Assembly: GCF_000315625.1 (NCBI RefSeq)
Contig: NW_005434645.1
Location: 295,925 to 359,924 of the forward strand
Direction of reading: 5' to 3'
Source of the DNA: Guillardia theta CCMP2712
Taxonomy: Eukaryota; Protista; Cryptophyta
DNA length: 64,000 bases
Shown one piece after another: positions 1 to 13,599 of the stretch. Both the position numbers and the translations under genes were made by a program. Numbering within the stretch: position 1 is the first letter of the stretch; the number at the start of each line of letters is the position of its first letter. Under the pieces are notes generated by a model that had not been told where the DNA came from, made no database searches, and worked only from the letters and a program-made list of their open reading frames with translations.

Positions 1-858
1 GAAGAAAGATGCTGTGTGCAGGAGGGGAAGGGCTGACTTCAATGCTGACTCCTCTTCCTCCTCCTCTCTGACTTAGATGACGGACATCGTCTAGTGGACT
101 GTGAAGAGATCAGCAAACTTGGGTCGTCCATGCATCGTCCATGGACAAGGGCGGTCTGCTCCGCAAGGAACCAGCGATGCTGCTCCAGCCGTTCGAGCCT
201 TTCTCCACCTCCTCCTCCTACTCCTCCTACTCCTCCTACTCCTCATCCTCAAGAAGTTCTCTCAATACAATCGAACTGCCCCCACCACCTCCATACGTCG
301 AGAAGCCACACCAGTCGTCTCCTCCTCCCGCACTTTCCCCGTCCCTGTTCCTGCTCGTATCCTTGTCCCCCACCCTTCCCCCCCCCTCCTGTCCATCTGC
401 TCTTACCTCTCTCCCTGCTACCCTCGACATCTACCCTCCCTCCCTCCTCTCCCTCTGTTCTACCCTCCCTCCCTCCTCTCCCTCTGTTCTACCCCCCCTC
501 CCTCCTCTCCCNNNNNNNNNNNNNNNNNNNNNNNNNNNNNNNNNNNNNNNNNNNNNNNNNNNNNNNNNNNNNNNNNNNNNNNNNNNNNNNNNNNNNNNNN
601 NNNNNNNNNNNACGTCCTACCCCCTCCCTCCCTCCTCCCTCCTCGCCTCCTACCCCCCTCCCTCCCTCCTCCCTCCTCGCCTCCTCTCGCTCCTACCCCT
701 CCCTTCTCCTCCTCTCGCTCCTACCCCTCCCTTCTCCTCCCTCTCGCCTCCTACCCCCCCCCTCCCCCTCCCTCCTCCCCGCTCCCCCAGCGTGCGACCC
801 CAACGAATTTCACCTCAGGGTCTCAGTGATCCCTGGAAGGAGTCAGGTAGAACCGAAG

Positions 859-1892
859 ATGCCGCACGGAGAGGAGGGAGGCGGCGAGGAGGCGGCGATG
901 GAGGGGGAAAGCATGGCTGTGGTGGAGTCAGAGGACAGTCAGTCTGAGGAAGGGGCCGAGGACGGCCAGCTCTCTTCCTCCTCCCCTGCCTTCCTCAGGC
1001 AGAAAGCGGCCCAGCTCTGCTGCGACGAACTGCCCGAACTGGAGATGGCGGCAGCCAAGAGCGCCCTTGGAAGGGAGATGTTGGAGAACGGCATGGCAGA
1101 GAACGCGTATCCTCTCCTCTGCGACGTCCTGGCTGTACGAATGCTCTCCTCTCCTCTCGACGAAGCCGCCATGGCTGATACCCTGGAGTTAGTGGCAAGA
1201 GCACTAGTCGGTAAGTTCTCCCCTCCTCCCTGCTTCTCCCGCTCACGGAAGTGCAGGGAAGAATCAGCATGGCGAAGCCATCGCGCGGTACGAGGAGGCG
1301 CTGTCGGTGCATCAGAGCTTGAGGGATGAAGCGGCCATGAAGCGCTGCCTGGAGGCTATGGGAGGACTATACATGCAGCAGGCAAGTCGTGGTCCTTCCT
1401 CCTCCTCCTCTCCTCCTCCTCGTCCTCCTTTTTCTCCTCGTCCTCATCCTCGTCCTCGTCCTCGTCCTCGTCCTCATCCTCGTCCTCGTCCTCCTCCTCC
1501 TCCTCCTCCTCCTCCTCCCCCATGATGACAGCATGGCAGGGAAACCTTGACAAGGCGGTGGACATATACAATCGATGCTCAAACCTCTCCTCCTTCCCTT
1601 CTCCGTCTCCTCCTGCGTCTCCTCCTCCCCAAGGCGACGCCAGCACCGTGAAAGACCGGCCACACGAGCAGAGCTCGGCCGTGGGCAGCGCAGAGCCTAA
1701 TGGCGTCTCCCCTCTGAGCGCAGGGAGACTTCATGTATGCCGAGCACGTTTCAGGTTGGAAGTGATACTGGAGGTTGCAGGACTTGCGAATGGCAGGGGA
1801 TCAGGCAATGCTGCACAATATGGAGATTATGATGGACAAGTGAGTGGTGAGGGTGGGGAGAGGAAATGTATGATGGAGATGATGATGATGGA

Positions 1893-1946
<54 letters not shown>

Positions 1947-3236
1947 AATGATGATGATGATGATGATGATAGGAGTGATAATGATGATGATGATGGAAAT
2001 GATGACTACAACAACGATAACAAGGGGAGGAGGAGGAATATAATTCTCACGCAGGATCGACAGCATTGCTCGTCTCACTCAAGCCTTTGACAGTGAGCGA
2101 CAGCTGTTGAAATCTTTACGATGCTGATGTCTTGTCTTTTGCCGATTCCCCTTTCCTCCCCTCTCCCCTCTTCTCCCTCTTTTCTCCTCCTGCTCTGCTT
2201 CTCATTTCCCATGTCCCTCCCTCCCTCCGTCCCTCCCTCCGTCCCTCCCTCCGTCCCTCCGTCCCTTCTTCCCTCCGTCCCTCCCTCCGTCCCTCCGTCC
2301 GTCCGTCCGTCCGTCCGTCCGTCCCTCCAGGTCCGGTCTACGGGCTCAGGTCTGAGAGGAGGCGGCCATGGCGGTGCGCTGAGGAGTGGCAGGATGAGGG
2401 CAGCATACTCGCTGGTAGAGCTGGCAAGGATGCACGTGGAGCGGGGAGAATCGCACTTGGGAAGGAAGGCAAGTGACTTCACTTGTCCTGCTGGTACTGG
2501 TGCTGATGCTGGTTCTTTTGGCGCAACCCGCGCTGTCCTCTTGTCCTCTTGTCCTCCTCCTCCTCCTCCTCCTCCCCCTCCCTCCTCTCGTGCTCCGATA
2601 CACCTCTCTCTCCACTTGTCTACGTCTTTTCTTCTTCCGCTCTCCTCCATCCTTGCTTCTCTGCCGGCATCGGACTGATTGTCTGACTGAGCAGATGGAG
2701 GAGGCGCTGGGGGTTATTGTGGAGGCTGCTGTGAAAGATGCAGAGGAGTCTCACTTCGCTTGAGGAGGAGGAGGAGGAGGAGGAGGAGGAGGAGGAGGAG
2801 GAGGAGGAGGAGGAGGAGGGGGAGGGGGAAGAGGAGGGGGAAGAGGAAGAGGGGGGGGCTACCTAGGAGAAAGAATGCAATCTGGTCATCCAAGTCATTC
2901 GGCCGAGAACTCAAAACCTGATTCTGAAAGTCATCCACTTGTATCACTTCGTCCATCTTGTTTGACATCTTCAGTTGTATCTTCGGTGTCCTGTCCACTT
3001 CCTTGGGATCTCTTTCTCAATCTCCTGGCAACACAGGCCGCAATGCCTTCGAGCCAAGGTCAATCTCAGCAGGTCGATCTTATCAAGGAGCGCAACGGCC
3101 GCGTCACGGCACGGTTCTTACCTCAGCCACCACGTCGGTCTGTGTGCTGGACTCGTTGACCTCTGTGTGCAGGCTGGAATCAAGCAGGTTGAAGCTTCTT
3201 GAAGATATGGAAGAATTGTTCTCTGCCAAGAAATGA
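859..3236 (+). CDS. Multi-exon tetratricopeptide-repeat (TPR) protein
   Basis: Exons give TPR-like helices: ALGREMLENGMAENAYPLLCDVLAVR...MADTLELVARALV, HGEAIARYEEALSVHQSLRDEAAMKRCLEAMGGLYMQQ, GNLDKAVDIYNRC, AAYSLVELARMHVERGE. ATG at 859; last exon LESSRLKLLEDMEELFSAKK* ends at 3236. Internal exon structure only partly resolved. Confidence 0.6.
1870..1995. repeat. (GAT)n microsatellite, intronic
   Basis: Long imperfect GATGAT run; gives spurious poly-M/poly-D/poly-I ORFs. Confidence 0.95.
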
Positions 3237-3299
3237 CCTCAAATGACACAATCCCTCTCCCAGAAAACAAGCTTACTTTCGAGCTGATCCGAAAATCGA

Positions 3300-6150
3300 C
3301 CTTCCCCGCCATCCGACTCATGCAGTCTTGTCTGAGCGCTGAGAGAGCTGTCAAACATGTTGCTATCATGCCCTGGTGATCGGATCTTCTCAAACAAGAT
3401 CTGTTTGGGGTTGTCTCTCCACATGTACTTTATCCATCGATCGAGTTCGATAAGCTCTCCTCGCTGTATGGAATGACATCTTCAACGATGGTGTCAAGTT
3501 CAAAGGGAAACAACCTCGCTCATGGCATGGTAGAAGATTTTGATGTCTTCCAAAGCGAGANNNNNNNNNNNNNNNNNNNNNNNNNNNNNNNNNNNNNNNN
3601 NNNNNNNNNNNNNNNNNNNNNNNNNNNNNNNNNNNNNNNNNNNNNNNNNNNNNNNNNNNNTGAGGAGGAGGAGAAGAAGTAGGAGAAGGTGAAGAGGAGT
3701 AGGAGCCAGCGTAGCATGAGTAATTGTAGGCACGCGCTAGGAGGAGGAGGAGGAGGAGGAGGAGGAGGAGGAGGAGGAGGAGGAGGAGGAGGAGGAGGAA
3801 GTAAGGGGAAGGCCGTAGGGGAGGGGAGACCGAGAGATGAAGGTTGCAACCAGTTACCTTGCAATTTTCCTTCTGCACGCGGTCCACCTGCGCAAGAGCT
3901 CAGAAGTTTGACATGCTGTGGGTCGCTGGCACCAGCGAGTTCTCGATCCTCGGGATGGCGGAGATTTGGGCGAGGGCCAGAGCGAGAGGGAAGTCCTTAC
4001 ATGGTCATCGGCACTTGAAGGAGAGCTAGGAGGAGGAGAGAAGGGAAAGTAGGGCAAGAGCAGAGAAGAACGATTGCGAAGAGATGAGGAGAGGGAGGAG
4101 GAGAGGGAGGAGGAGAGGGAGAGGAAGCGAGCGAGAGGGAGGGGAGAGAGAGAGAGGAAGCGAGCGAGAGGGAGGGGAGAGAGAGAGGAAGCGAGCGAGA
4201 GGGAGGAGGAGAGGGAGAGGAAGCGAGCGAGAGGGAGGGGAGATAGGCAGGGAAGCTGGAAGGTTATGGAGGAGGAGGGAGCGAGTAGAGGAGGAGCCTC
4301 TCACTTTCCCTCCTTGCATGTTGAGGATGAGGTTGTAGAGTTGCCTGCCCGGTGAGCTCAGAGACCCCGAAGGCCTCGGGCATCGAGCCTCACCGCATCT
4401 CATCCTCCGACTTCATGTCAAAGGTCAGCTTTATCTGCCCCGATTCCTGGCCGGCCTCCTCCGTCTCCCCACTCGGGGCTCCTCCTTCCTCCTTCTCCTC
4501 TCTCCCATCTTGTGACTGTCATCTCTCGTCACCGCCCTTCCCCTCCTGCCGCGCTTGCCTCACCTTCGTCTCCAGCAGCTTCTTCCTCGCCTCCACCTCT
4601 CGCTTCCTCTCCGCGACTGCGAGGTCAACCTTGCCCGACTTTATCATCCTCCTCTACTCCTCCCTTGTCCCCTCACCACTGCACTAGTCACCACAAGTCC
4701 AGCTGCACTTGCCAGGGCGATGTCCGTCAGGTCAGCTGTACACATCGTCATCCTCCCCATCCTGGTACCCCGTTGCTCCCTCGCTTCCTGTTCCACTTTC
4801 CTTCTCCGGCCTGCTGTGCACCCAATCCCTCTCTTGTCTTGCCCCCTGCCCCCTGCCCTCTGCCCCCTGCCCCCTGCTCCTGCTTCTCTTTCACTCACCA
4901 GAGGCTGCTACGGCACCCACTGCCAGCAGGCCAGGAGCTATCTTCTGCGCCTACCTCGGCTCGTCATCGGACTTGAAGCATCAGCATGAAACCCCCTCAC
5001 CTGCTCTGCTGCACTTTTCCCTCCCTCCACGATCGCGCTCCCAGCAACAACAGAGCCTAGAGGAACACCTCACCCTTGGTCCTCCTTCCTCGTCCTCCCA
5101 CCCACTCCTCCCCCTCCCACCTACTCCTCCCCCTCCCACCTACTCCTCCTCCTCTCCCTTCTCCTGTACCTTGCCACGTCTTCTTTCCAACGAACTTGAC
5201 GACGCTGACCGCCAGGTCCCAGTTCTCCTGTGTGCCCTTCAGCGCTTGCTTGCTCCCGCTCGCCTCCCACTTTTGCCCTCCTCCTCGCCTCTTCGATCCT
5301 CCTCTGCTGCTCCTCCTTCCTTCGTCGCTCCTCCTCCTCCTTTGCCCTTTGTAGCATCAGCGTCTGGGTTCGGCCTGTGTGCTGGGTCAGCCATGTGACC
5401 GCTCGTCCTCTGCTCTACTTTCTTCCTCCCGCAGCTTCTTCGCTATCTCCACATCCACATCGACATTCACACCGAAGCTCCTCAAGGCTGCACCAACTCA
5501 GGAGGTTGTTCCTTATCAACATCAAGTTACCTTTCACCGCTGCCATGGCAAACTTGATGTAATACTCCCTTCCCCTCGTTCTCATCAGCCTGGTTGAGCT
5601 CGACACTGCAGCCATGAGCCTTCCTGCTGCTCCCGGCGAGACTTTCTCTGGCAGTGCGGTCAAGTAGCACCGGACGACTAGCCAGGCAGCGAGAATGGAG
5701 GAGGAGAAGTAGCCGAGTAGAGCACGGAGGAGCTTGAGTAAGTCGTTCTTGTAGGAGATTCCAACTGTCTCTCCCTCTCTCGCGTCCACCCGATCGAAGA
5801 CAGAGCTCATGAAGGGATTGTGGTCCTCGTCCTCTATCAAGGAATCGCGTCAACCACGCTCAAGACTCGAGTGGCTCGGAAGAAAAGACCACAAAAAAAC
5901 GATAGAGCAGCGTCAACCGCAGCAAGCAACACAAACAGACACCAACACTATGGCAAGGGGAAGGGCGCGAGAAAGATCTCACCTCTCTGGACCGTTTTAG
6001 ATCTCATCAAATCTGATTGTCTCCGAGAAAGTCCCATGGGCTCCAGTCTCGCTCCCCCCTGCTTCATTTCTCCAACTCTCAGCATCCTGTTCATCCCCCC
6101 TGCGGCAAACGCGAGAGATCCTCCTGCCAAGCATCCCCTGTGCATGCCCA
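3300..6150 (-). CDS. Multi-exon hypothetical protein with charged coiled-coil segments
   Basis: Coding-like minus-strand segments (MIEDEDHNPFMSSVFDRVD...KFAMAAVKGNLMLIRNNLLSW; LQRAKEEEERRRKEEQQRRIEE; EEYRRMIKSGKVDLAVAERKREVEARKKLLETKVRQ; LALEDIKIFYHAMSEVV) separated by low-complexity introns; spans a gap; no family recognised. Confidence 0.4.
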
Positions 6151-6619
6151 GCCACCTCCCCGCAGCTCCTCCTCCCCCTCCTCCTCCCCCTCCTGTGACT
6201 GCGAAGGCGAGCATTTCGCGTTTTTGGTACCTGGGGAGAAACTGATCGCACCCCCAGATATAGTCGAATTTGAGGCTTTAATGTACCCGTACTTGTGCTG
6301 ACCCACCCACCCCCTTGCTGGAGTTTTTTAACGGCATCTCAAGAAATCACTGAAGGGAAACAAGCGACAGAGCGACAGGAGGGAGAGGGAGGAGGGAGAG
6401 GGAGGAGGTGGGGGAGGAGGGAGAGGGAGGAGGGAGAGGGAGGAGGGGGAGGGGGCGGGGATGAGGAGGTTGAGATAGGAAGGGAGGGAAGGGATGAAGG
6501 TTGAGAAGAACAGCGAGGGGTTGAGACTCGCTGAAAGGGAGCTAGGAGGTGGGGGGGAGGTCCTTTAGCTCACTTGATTAAAATGTATTTGAGCCCTATC
6601 GTCAGTTTATGTACAGTCT

Positions 6620-8680
6620 GCAGCTATATTTACATCCAAGGACAGAGACCGTCCTCGTCCCCTTCGATGTGTGTCCGTCTCAAGCTTCTTCAGCCTCCAG
6701 GCTGTCGAAGACCTCGAACGAGCACTTGACCACCTGCCCGCCACACTTTCAACCCGCCATGCACGAGGAATGCGAGAGAGTCACCTCGGCGAACTCGTCG
6801 GACAGGAAGGAAGAATCGAAACCTTCAACCCCATGTCAGCAAACGCATCGGTCGCAGTTCTCACGCTCACTCTCCGATCCCAGCATCTCGACCATCCTCT
6901 CCTGCAGTGCTGGTTCAGCTCCAAACGACCCATCCAGCGGTTGACTCTGCTGACCTCGAAGGTTTCGATGACTTTGAATGCCTTGTTCAGCTCCGTCTTG
7001 ACTTGAGCCTTGTTCGCGATCTCTCCGTCGTCGGAACCATCTTCCTCTTGCTTCAGGACCTGCACACTGGTCACCCTGGCAGTCTGATCCGCATTCCCAC
7101 CCACTCGATACCTTGCATGCATGGAGGATGCTGGTCAGTGACAGCCCCAGCAGGAGAGAGATGAAGAGGCTGTAGCAGATCCGCGAAGAGACTGAAGCCC
7201 CTCGGGCAACTAGATTCGTCAACAAGCTCTGGTTTGAATTCTGATTGCATTTGCATCAGAAGGCTCGAGACGGCCATTCAAAGGACCAACCTTGGCGTTC
7301 TTCAAGAAAAGCTGCATGAAGTCCAGGACAAAGTACAACACATCTTCAAGGCCGTTCAATGCCCCTGGCACGTCAATATCCTCCTTGCTGATCGTGTTGA
7401 TAGCCTTCAAGAGGTCTTGCGAACTTTGGATCGTGGGAGTCTGCCGTTTGAACATCCTCCTGTAGCATGAAACCGACAGATTTTCCAGTTGAGCTTGCAG
7501 GAAATCCGATATGAGATCTTCATCTTCCGAATCGTCACCATCCAGTTCCGCTGATAGGTCCCACAGCTGAAACGTCAATTATCAGAGAAATCGCAAGAGA
7601 CGCAAGGCAGGAAGACCGCAATGATCCTGAGAAGGTCGTCCCTCCAGGAAGGGCCGCTGACTCTACCGCTACAAACACTCTTCAACTCCATGCGCGCACA
7701 TTTGACCACCTTTGACGCTGGTGAGTCAGGGAGAACAAACATCATGCCATGTCGTCTGATACCTTCTGCGAGCACGCATCTGAGAGCTCAAGCCCGACCT
7801 CTCCCTCCGAGTAGTCATCTGAGCCTGCAAATCTTTCACTCGGAGCCCAGGAGGGTGGCTCGCTCTTCAAACCAGCGTGCGCTATCATCTCGTGGACAAT
7901 CCTCCCCGCCGCCAAGACATCGGGTGGATTTCCTGCCAGCAGCAGATGCACTTTCTGCATGCAGGTCTGTCGAGAAACGGGTTAAACGACAGACCCACGG
8001 ACCGGTCATGCATGCTCACTCCAAGAAAGTCTCCTCCTCCTTCGTCTTCTTCAGGCGGTTCCAGGCTCCTCTCTTGCGGTCTCCTCCGGTACTTCTGAGG
8101 AGTAGTAGGAACAAAGACTAGGTCGTCCGATGAGATAACGCTCTTGCAGCTGTTCACCACTTCCGAGAACGACTTCCCTGCGGCTCTGGGTTCCAACTGG
8201 CGTCACTCGATGACACTGCTGGACACGCTCCCACAGTCACCTCAGCAGTCTGTTCCCCGACGGGCATACAGCAAGCGAGAGCTGAAGCCTCATGGAGTCC
8301 AGCTGTTGCTGTGCTTGAAGTTGAGAGAGTTTCACATGGGATATGTCAAAAAACCTTCTCCATTGCGCACTGGGACTGTTGTGAGGGCAAGAGCGCAAGT
8401 CTTACCTCCCTCTTCAGCTTCTCGGCGTCATCGTACCTTGGCAACCTTAGGACCCTTCAAGACACAGAGGGAGAATACCTTTCCTCTTCCATGGCTATGG
8501 ACAGCATCTCTAACAGCTTGTGGAGACGACTGCACGCCGTTCACAAGCTAGTCTTATCTTAGGGTAGCTACCTGGTGGGTTCTTCTCCGAATCGAAGCGA
8601 TCGTGCGCTTGTTATCTGTGCAACACCTATTCCGAATGTCAAATGCGCTTTCCAGAGATACCCCATTGCCCTTCCATGAA
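6620..8680 (-). CDS. Multi-exon hypothetical helical protein
   Basis: Consecutive minus-strand ORF pieces (KVHLLLAGNPPDVLAAGRIVHEM; GMMFVLPDSPASKVVKCARMELK; FQLWDLSAELDGDDSEDEDLISDFLQAQLENL...; KAQVKTELNKAFKVIETFE) with short intron-sized interruptions. Confidence 0.5.
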
Positions 8681-10341
8681 TTTCTGTATCCTACTTTTTC
8701 ACCCCTCTCCCCTCATCTCATCTCCTCTCATTCACACACTCGTCTCCATCAGGTATCTTTCTCCCATCCTCCCCTCCCCTCCCCTCCCCTCCCCTCTCCC
8801 CTCCCCTCCCCTCCTCTCCCCTCCTCTCCCCTCCTCTCCTCTCCTCTCCTCTCCTCTCCTCTCATTCACAGACTGATCTTGGTATCCTCCCCCTCCCCTC
8901 CCCCTCCCCTCCCCTCCTCACCGCTCTGCTGCCATAGTCGGTATGCCGCTTGCATCACCACCACAAGTTTCAAACTTTCAAAACATGACCAGAAACTTTG
9001 AGTGAAAGTTCAGAACATTCGAAGGCCCGGAACTGCAGCCAGCCCCCGGGCCCGGATCTAGTTGCCTTCGAACTTGGACCGCATCCCCTCCCTGAGCCCT
9101 CTCGAGTCGGCGAGATACAACTCCTTCCCACGACCTCCCTTACGAACCTCCCCACCCCTCCTGAGGAATCTGTACCCACCCCATGGGCCAATGGACCCTA
9201 AAATCGTCTCGAAACCCTCATTATAAACCCTACCCCCTTGTCAATGGGACCCATAACAATCCTATTAATCACTACCCGTGGGTACCCCACATGCTCGGCC
9301 CCTGCAAATAAAAGTGCTTTTGTTTTAACTGCAGTACGTGTCTGTAGCGATGGGGTTTGGGCCAGAATTATGGACAGTGAAGTGAAGTGGCGGAATGATT
9401 AGGGTTAATAATTTCTGCCCTCTCTTCTACATAATTGCATCTCCTGAGGCTGATTTGTGTCGAGTACGTGATGAATTTTAAAATTCAGGAACTGGCCCAC
9501 GGGTTCTTTTCTAAACAGCCAAGGGGGTCTAATTGATATTAAGGTATTTTTATACCCCAAAAACACAACGGGGGTACAGACCTTATAAAACACTTTTTCA
9601 TTTTTAACAAGTATTAATTGACAAGTTCGTATGAGCGTCCTCCGTACTGTGAAAAACTCTTTTAAAGATGAGTCCGGAAATTGAGGGGGTGGGTGGTTTT
9701 TGGATTCGAGATGGGGTACTTCTGATAGCCAAATTAGGGGTAGGCTGATCATCGTAATCCACCCTCTCGGGCCCCACGGGGTGTAGTAGGATAGACCGGC
9801 ATACGTGGACCCCCCAATGAGGGACAAACTTTTATTAGCACAGTAGGGTAGTTGAAGGAGTACCCGTCAAATAACGGGGTAGGGGTCACACATGGAGGGG
9901 GTGAAAGGAACAGGATCTGTATTCAGCTGACCCTATGGGGGGTGGGGGTGGGTACACGGTGTGTGAGTATAGGGGGGTAGCTTCCTTCATTGCGTGTCCT
10001 CCTCGACGATGGCGGCAATCTGCGGAAAGGTAAGGAGAATGGCTAATGAGGGGAAGATGAAGAGGAAGATGAGAGAGATGGGAAGAGAGGGGCTGATAGT
10101 CAATGCGTTCTTGTTTGAGTTGTTTTACAACAACTCCTTCTCTGGTGCTCTTGCCATCAATTTCTGATTTCTGCGCGCCGCTGAAACATTTTATTCTTTG
10201 TTGGATCCTGTGTTGCTTTTCGCTTTGTTTTGAAAGCAAGTCTGAGGCCTTGAAATCCAACCTACACCATGTTGTGGAGGGAACCTTTATCTGCCATGAT
10301 GTTGTTGTGTGCATATCTTTGGCTCTGTGACTTCGACGGTG

Positions 10342-13300
10342 ATGTCGGGCATGTTTCAGGTCAGTTCCGCTCTGGCCGTGGCGGTCTTGCTGCTCGCATC
10401 ATCTCATTTGGCTGGGGCTCAAAATGTTGTTTCGCCGAAGCAAACTACACCGCCTTCTGGAGGGAGTTCTGAGGTTTCGACCGTGCTCAGTACTGGAGCC
10501 AAATATAATAGCTCCTCTGCAGGCTCAAGCCAACTTGCTTATCTTCTCCTGCGGCATTGTTGGAATTGCTTTTGCGTCGTTCCTCTACTACTGTGTCTCA
10601 TTGGTGATGTTTTATTTCATATTCTTGCCTCTGGTCTGACAAGTTGGAAAGATCTCCTTGCGTTCCCCCAGCGATGATATGGAGCCGCTCGTCAGCTCTG
10701 CGAGAGCAGGAGAATCTGATGAGGTATGTACAGACTCCTATCACATCACGCACGTGTTGGTGGGAAAGTCGGTGGATCTCATCTGAAGTTGCCTTTCAAC
10801 AGGAGCTCATCACAATTTATGAGACCATCCGAGCAGGAGCAAGAGCCTTCTTGTGGGCCGAATATCAGGTGAGCACGGCGAGCTGTCATCTTTGCTTGTT
10901 TTTGTTTGGTACAATGTGGGAGGCTGATTTTAGATGTAGATCTGCTTCATCTTCGTGGCTGGTTTCTCCGTTTTGATCTTGCTCATGGTTTCCCACACCA
11001 ACACCAACGGCTGGGATTTTACCGTCGGTGATGCCAAGCTTGCACAAGGATTATGATGGGTGGGTCTTTAACATTGTGTATAGGTGGACTTACTGCGCTC
11101 TCGTTCATCGTTGGAGCATTGACTTCTATTCTTGCGGGATTCATCGGAATGATGGTTGCTGTGTATTCGAATGCACGTACCACCGGTGCAGAACATGATT
11201 TGAAACTTGTTATTTGCTAACCATGTGAGCCAGTGTCCGCAAAGAAGGAAGGAGAGTATGGCTGGAGCGCTGCATTCAATACTGCATTCCGCGCTGGTGG
11301 AGTGATGGGCTACTCGCTCTGCTCCTTGTCGCTCATGATCCTCTACACCTTGTGTCTTGTTTACCGTGGAATCTTCACCGGTGCAGATGGGAAAACAGAT
11401 TACAAGACCGTGTTCGAGTGCATTGCCGGTTATGGTCTTGGTGGCTCTGCCATTGCCATGTTCGGCCGTGTTGGAGGAGGAATTTTTACCAAGGCTGCTG
11501 ATGTTGGTGCGGATCTTTCGGGCAAGGTTATTGGCGTGGGTGATGGCAAGAAGCTCGATGAGGATTCTCCTTACAATCCAGCATGCATTGCCGACAACGT
11601 TGGAGACAACGTGGGAGACGTTGCTGGAATGGGATCTGATTTGTTCGGTTCTTTTGGAGAGGCAAGCTGCGCTGCCATGCTCGTGGGCTCTGCGTCTGTT
11701 TCAATCGAGAATGAGGGATGGGCTGCCCTTGTGTTCCCTCTCTTCATCAGCGCCATCGGAATTGTTGCTTGCATGGTTGTTTCTTTCATTGCCACTGATA
11801 TCCAACCGGTCCGCTGTGAAGCAGACATTGAGAAGGCTCTCAAGATTCAGCTCCTCGTGACTTCGATCGCCATGACAGCTCTCCTCTATCCAGTCGCTGC
11901 TTGGGCTCTTCCCGAATCCATCTTACTGTCGGTCAATGGCAAGGATGCCCTTGTTACCCCAACTATCTGCTACTTCTGCACTATTTCTGGCCTTTGGGGT
12001 GGATGCCTCATTGGATTCATCACCGAGTATTTCACAAGCCACAGCTACACCCCTGTACGTGACGTCGCTCGTTCTACTGAAACCGGTGCGGCCACCAACA
12101 TCATTTACGGATTGGCTCTTGGTTACAAATCAGCTATTCTGCCAGTGATCATCTTGTCTGCTATCATCTTCCTCTCCCTCAAGAGTGCTGGAATGTATGG
12201 AGTTTCCCTTGCTGCACTCGGAATGCTCTCCACTCTGGCTACCTGCCTCACCATTGATGTGTATGGACCTATCTCCGATAACGCTGGTGGAATTGCTGAG
12301 ATGGTTGAGATGCCGTCGTCTGTGCGTGACAAGACCGATGCTCTTGATGCCGCTGGAAACACCACTGCTGCGATCGGAAAGGGCTTTGCCATTGGATCTG
12401 CTGCCCTCGTTTCCTTGGCCTTGTTTGGTGCCTTCGTTACCCGCGTCGCGTCGAATGGGAATAGCCCACTCTCAACAGGTGCAGTCAACCTCTTGTCCCC
12501 TGTGGTTTTCGCGTTTTTGGTGTTTGGTGCCATGGTGCCATACTGGTTCTCCGCCATGACCATGCGATCTGTCGGTGAGGCAGCCAACGCTATGGTCAAG
12601 GAGGTTGGTAGGCAATGGGCTGAAATCCCGGGCTTGAGCGACAGTGCTGGCCTTGATTTCCATGAGCGTCAGGAATGGAGAAGCCAGGGCAGAACCCTCG
12701 CGAAACCAGATTACCAGGCGTGCATTGCCATCGCCACGAAGGCTTCCCTCAAGGAGATGGTCCCGCCTGGTCTTCTTGTGATCCTTAGCCCAATCTTGGT
12801 CGGCACCTTCTTCGGAGTGGAAGCTGTTGCTGGGCTCTTGACTGGCGCCACTGCGTCATCTGTGCAGCTCGCCATCTCCATGTCCAACACTGGAGGTGCT
12901 TGGGACAATGCCAAGAAGTACACCGAGAAAGGTGAACTCAACGGCTGGTTCCCTTACCGCGATGGACGTCCCATTGCTCAGAACTGGTATGAGCAGGCAG
13001 CGAAGAACAACGGAGATTCTTGCCTTGTGCAGAGAGTCCGTATGGGAGGCGCTGACAAGGAGGTGCCAATCAGGCAGTGGCTGTCGGACTTGCAGAGGAC
13101 GGATCCCGCCAAGTACAACAAAATCATGGCAGGAGACGAGCCAGTGGAGACGGCCGATGGGCGCAACGTCATCTATGCTGGGAAGAAGTCTTCAGCTCAC
13201 GCTGCCGCTGTCGTCGGAGACACTGTGAGGAGCAGCGGGAGTGTGATGTTGCCCTCAGTGACACATGTTACAGGTTGGAGATCCTCTCAAGGACACCTCG

Positions 13301-13420
13301 GGGCCTGCGCTCAACATCGTCATGAAGCTCATGGCTATCATCTCAGTCGTTTTCGCTGACTTTTTCATGTCTATCAACCATGGAGGCGGGCTCTTCAACA
13401 CCGGATCAGGCCCCAACTAG
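10342..13420 (+). CDS. AVP1: Membrane H+-translocating inorganic pyrophosphatase (V-PPase), K+-dependent type, with N-terminal signal peptide
   Basis: Motifs [64 protein letters not shown] (Ala form = K+-dependent), [10 protein letters not shown], and after a last intron (~13225-13273) [20 protein letters not shown]...GSGPN* (TAG 13418-13420). Start [26 protein letters not shown]. Confidence 0.95.
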
Positions 13421-13599
13421 ACTGAGATGCGCATGTCGAGTGAATGGCATTGTGCTCGTTTCAATCTCTCTTGTTGCCTTCTGGCTTCTTTTCCTGCATC
13501 CTGTCCATGTAGACGTTGACTGTCTCCACCACAGCAGCCAAAATCTGAAAAACGTGTAAGAACCTCCTTGAGGGCTGAAGTCATGATCTCACCCCGATA

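Noticed and set aside
1-830. Long ORFs at the window start and other poly-Pro/Leu/Glu/Gly ORFs throughout
   Set aside because: They arise from (CCT)n/(GGA)n tracts and read through N gaps; no credible domain.
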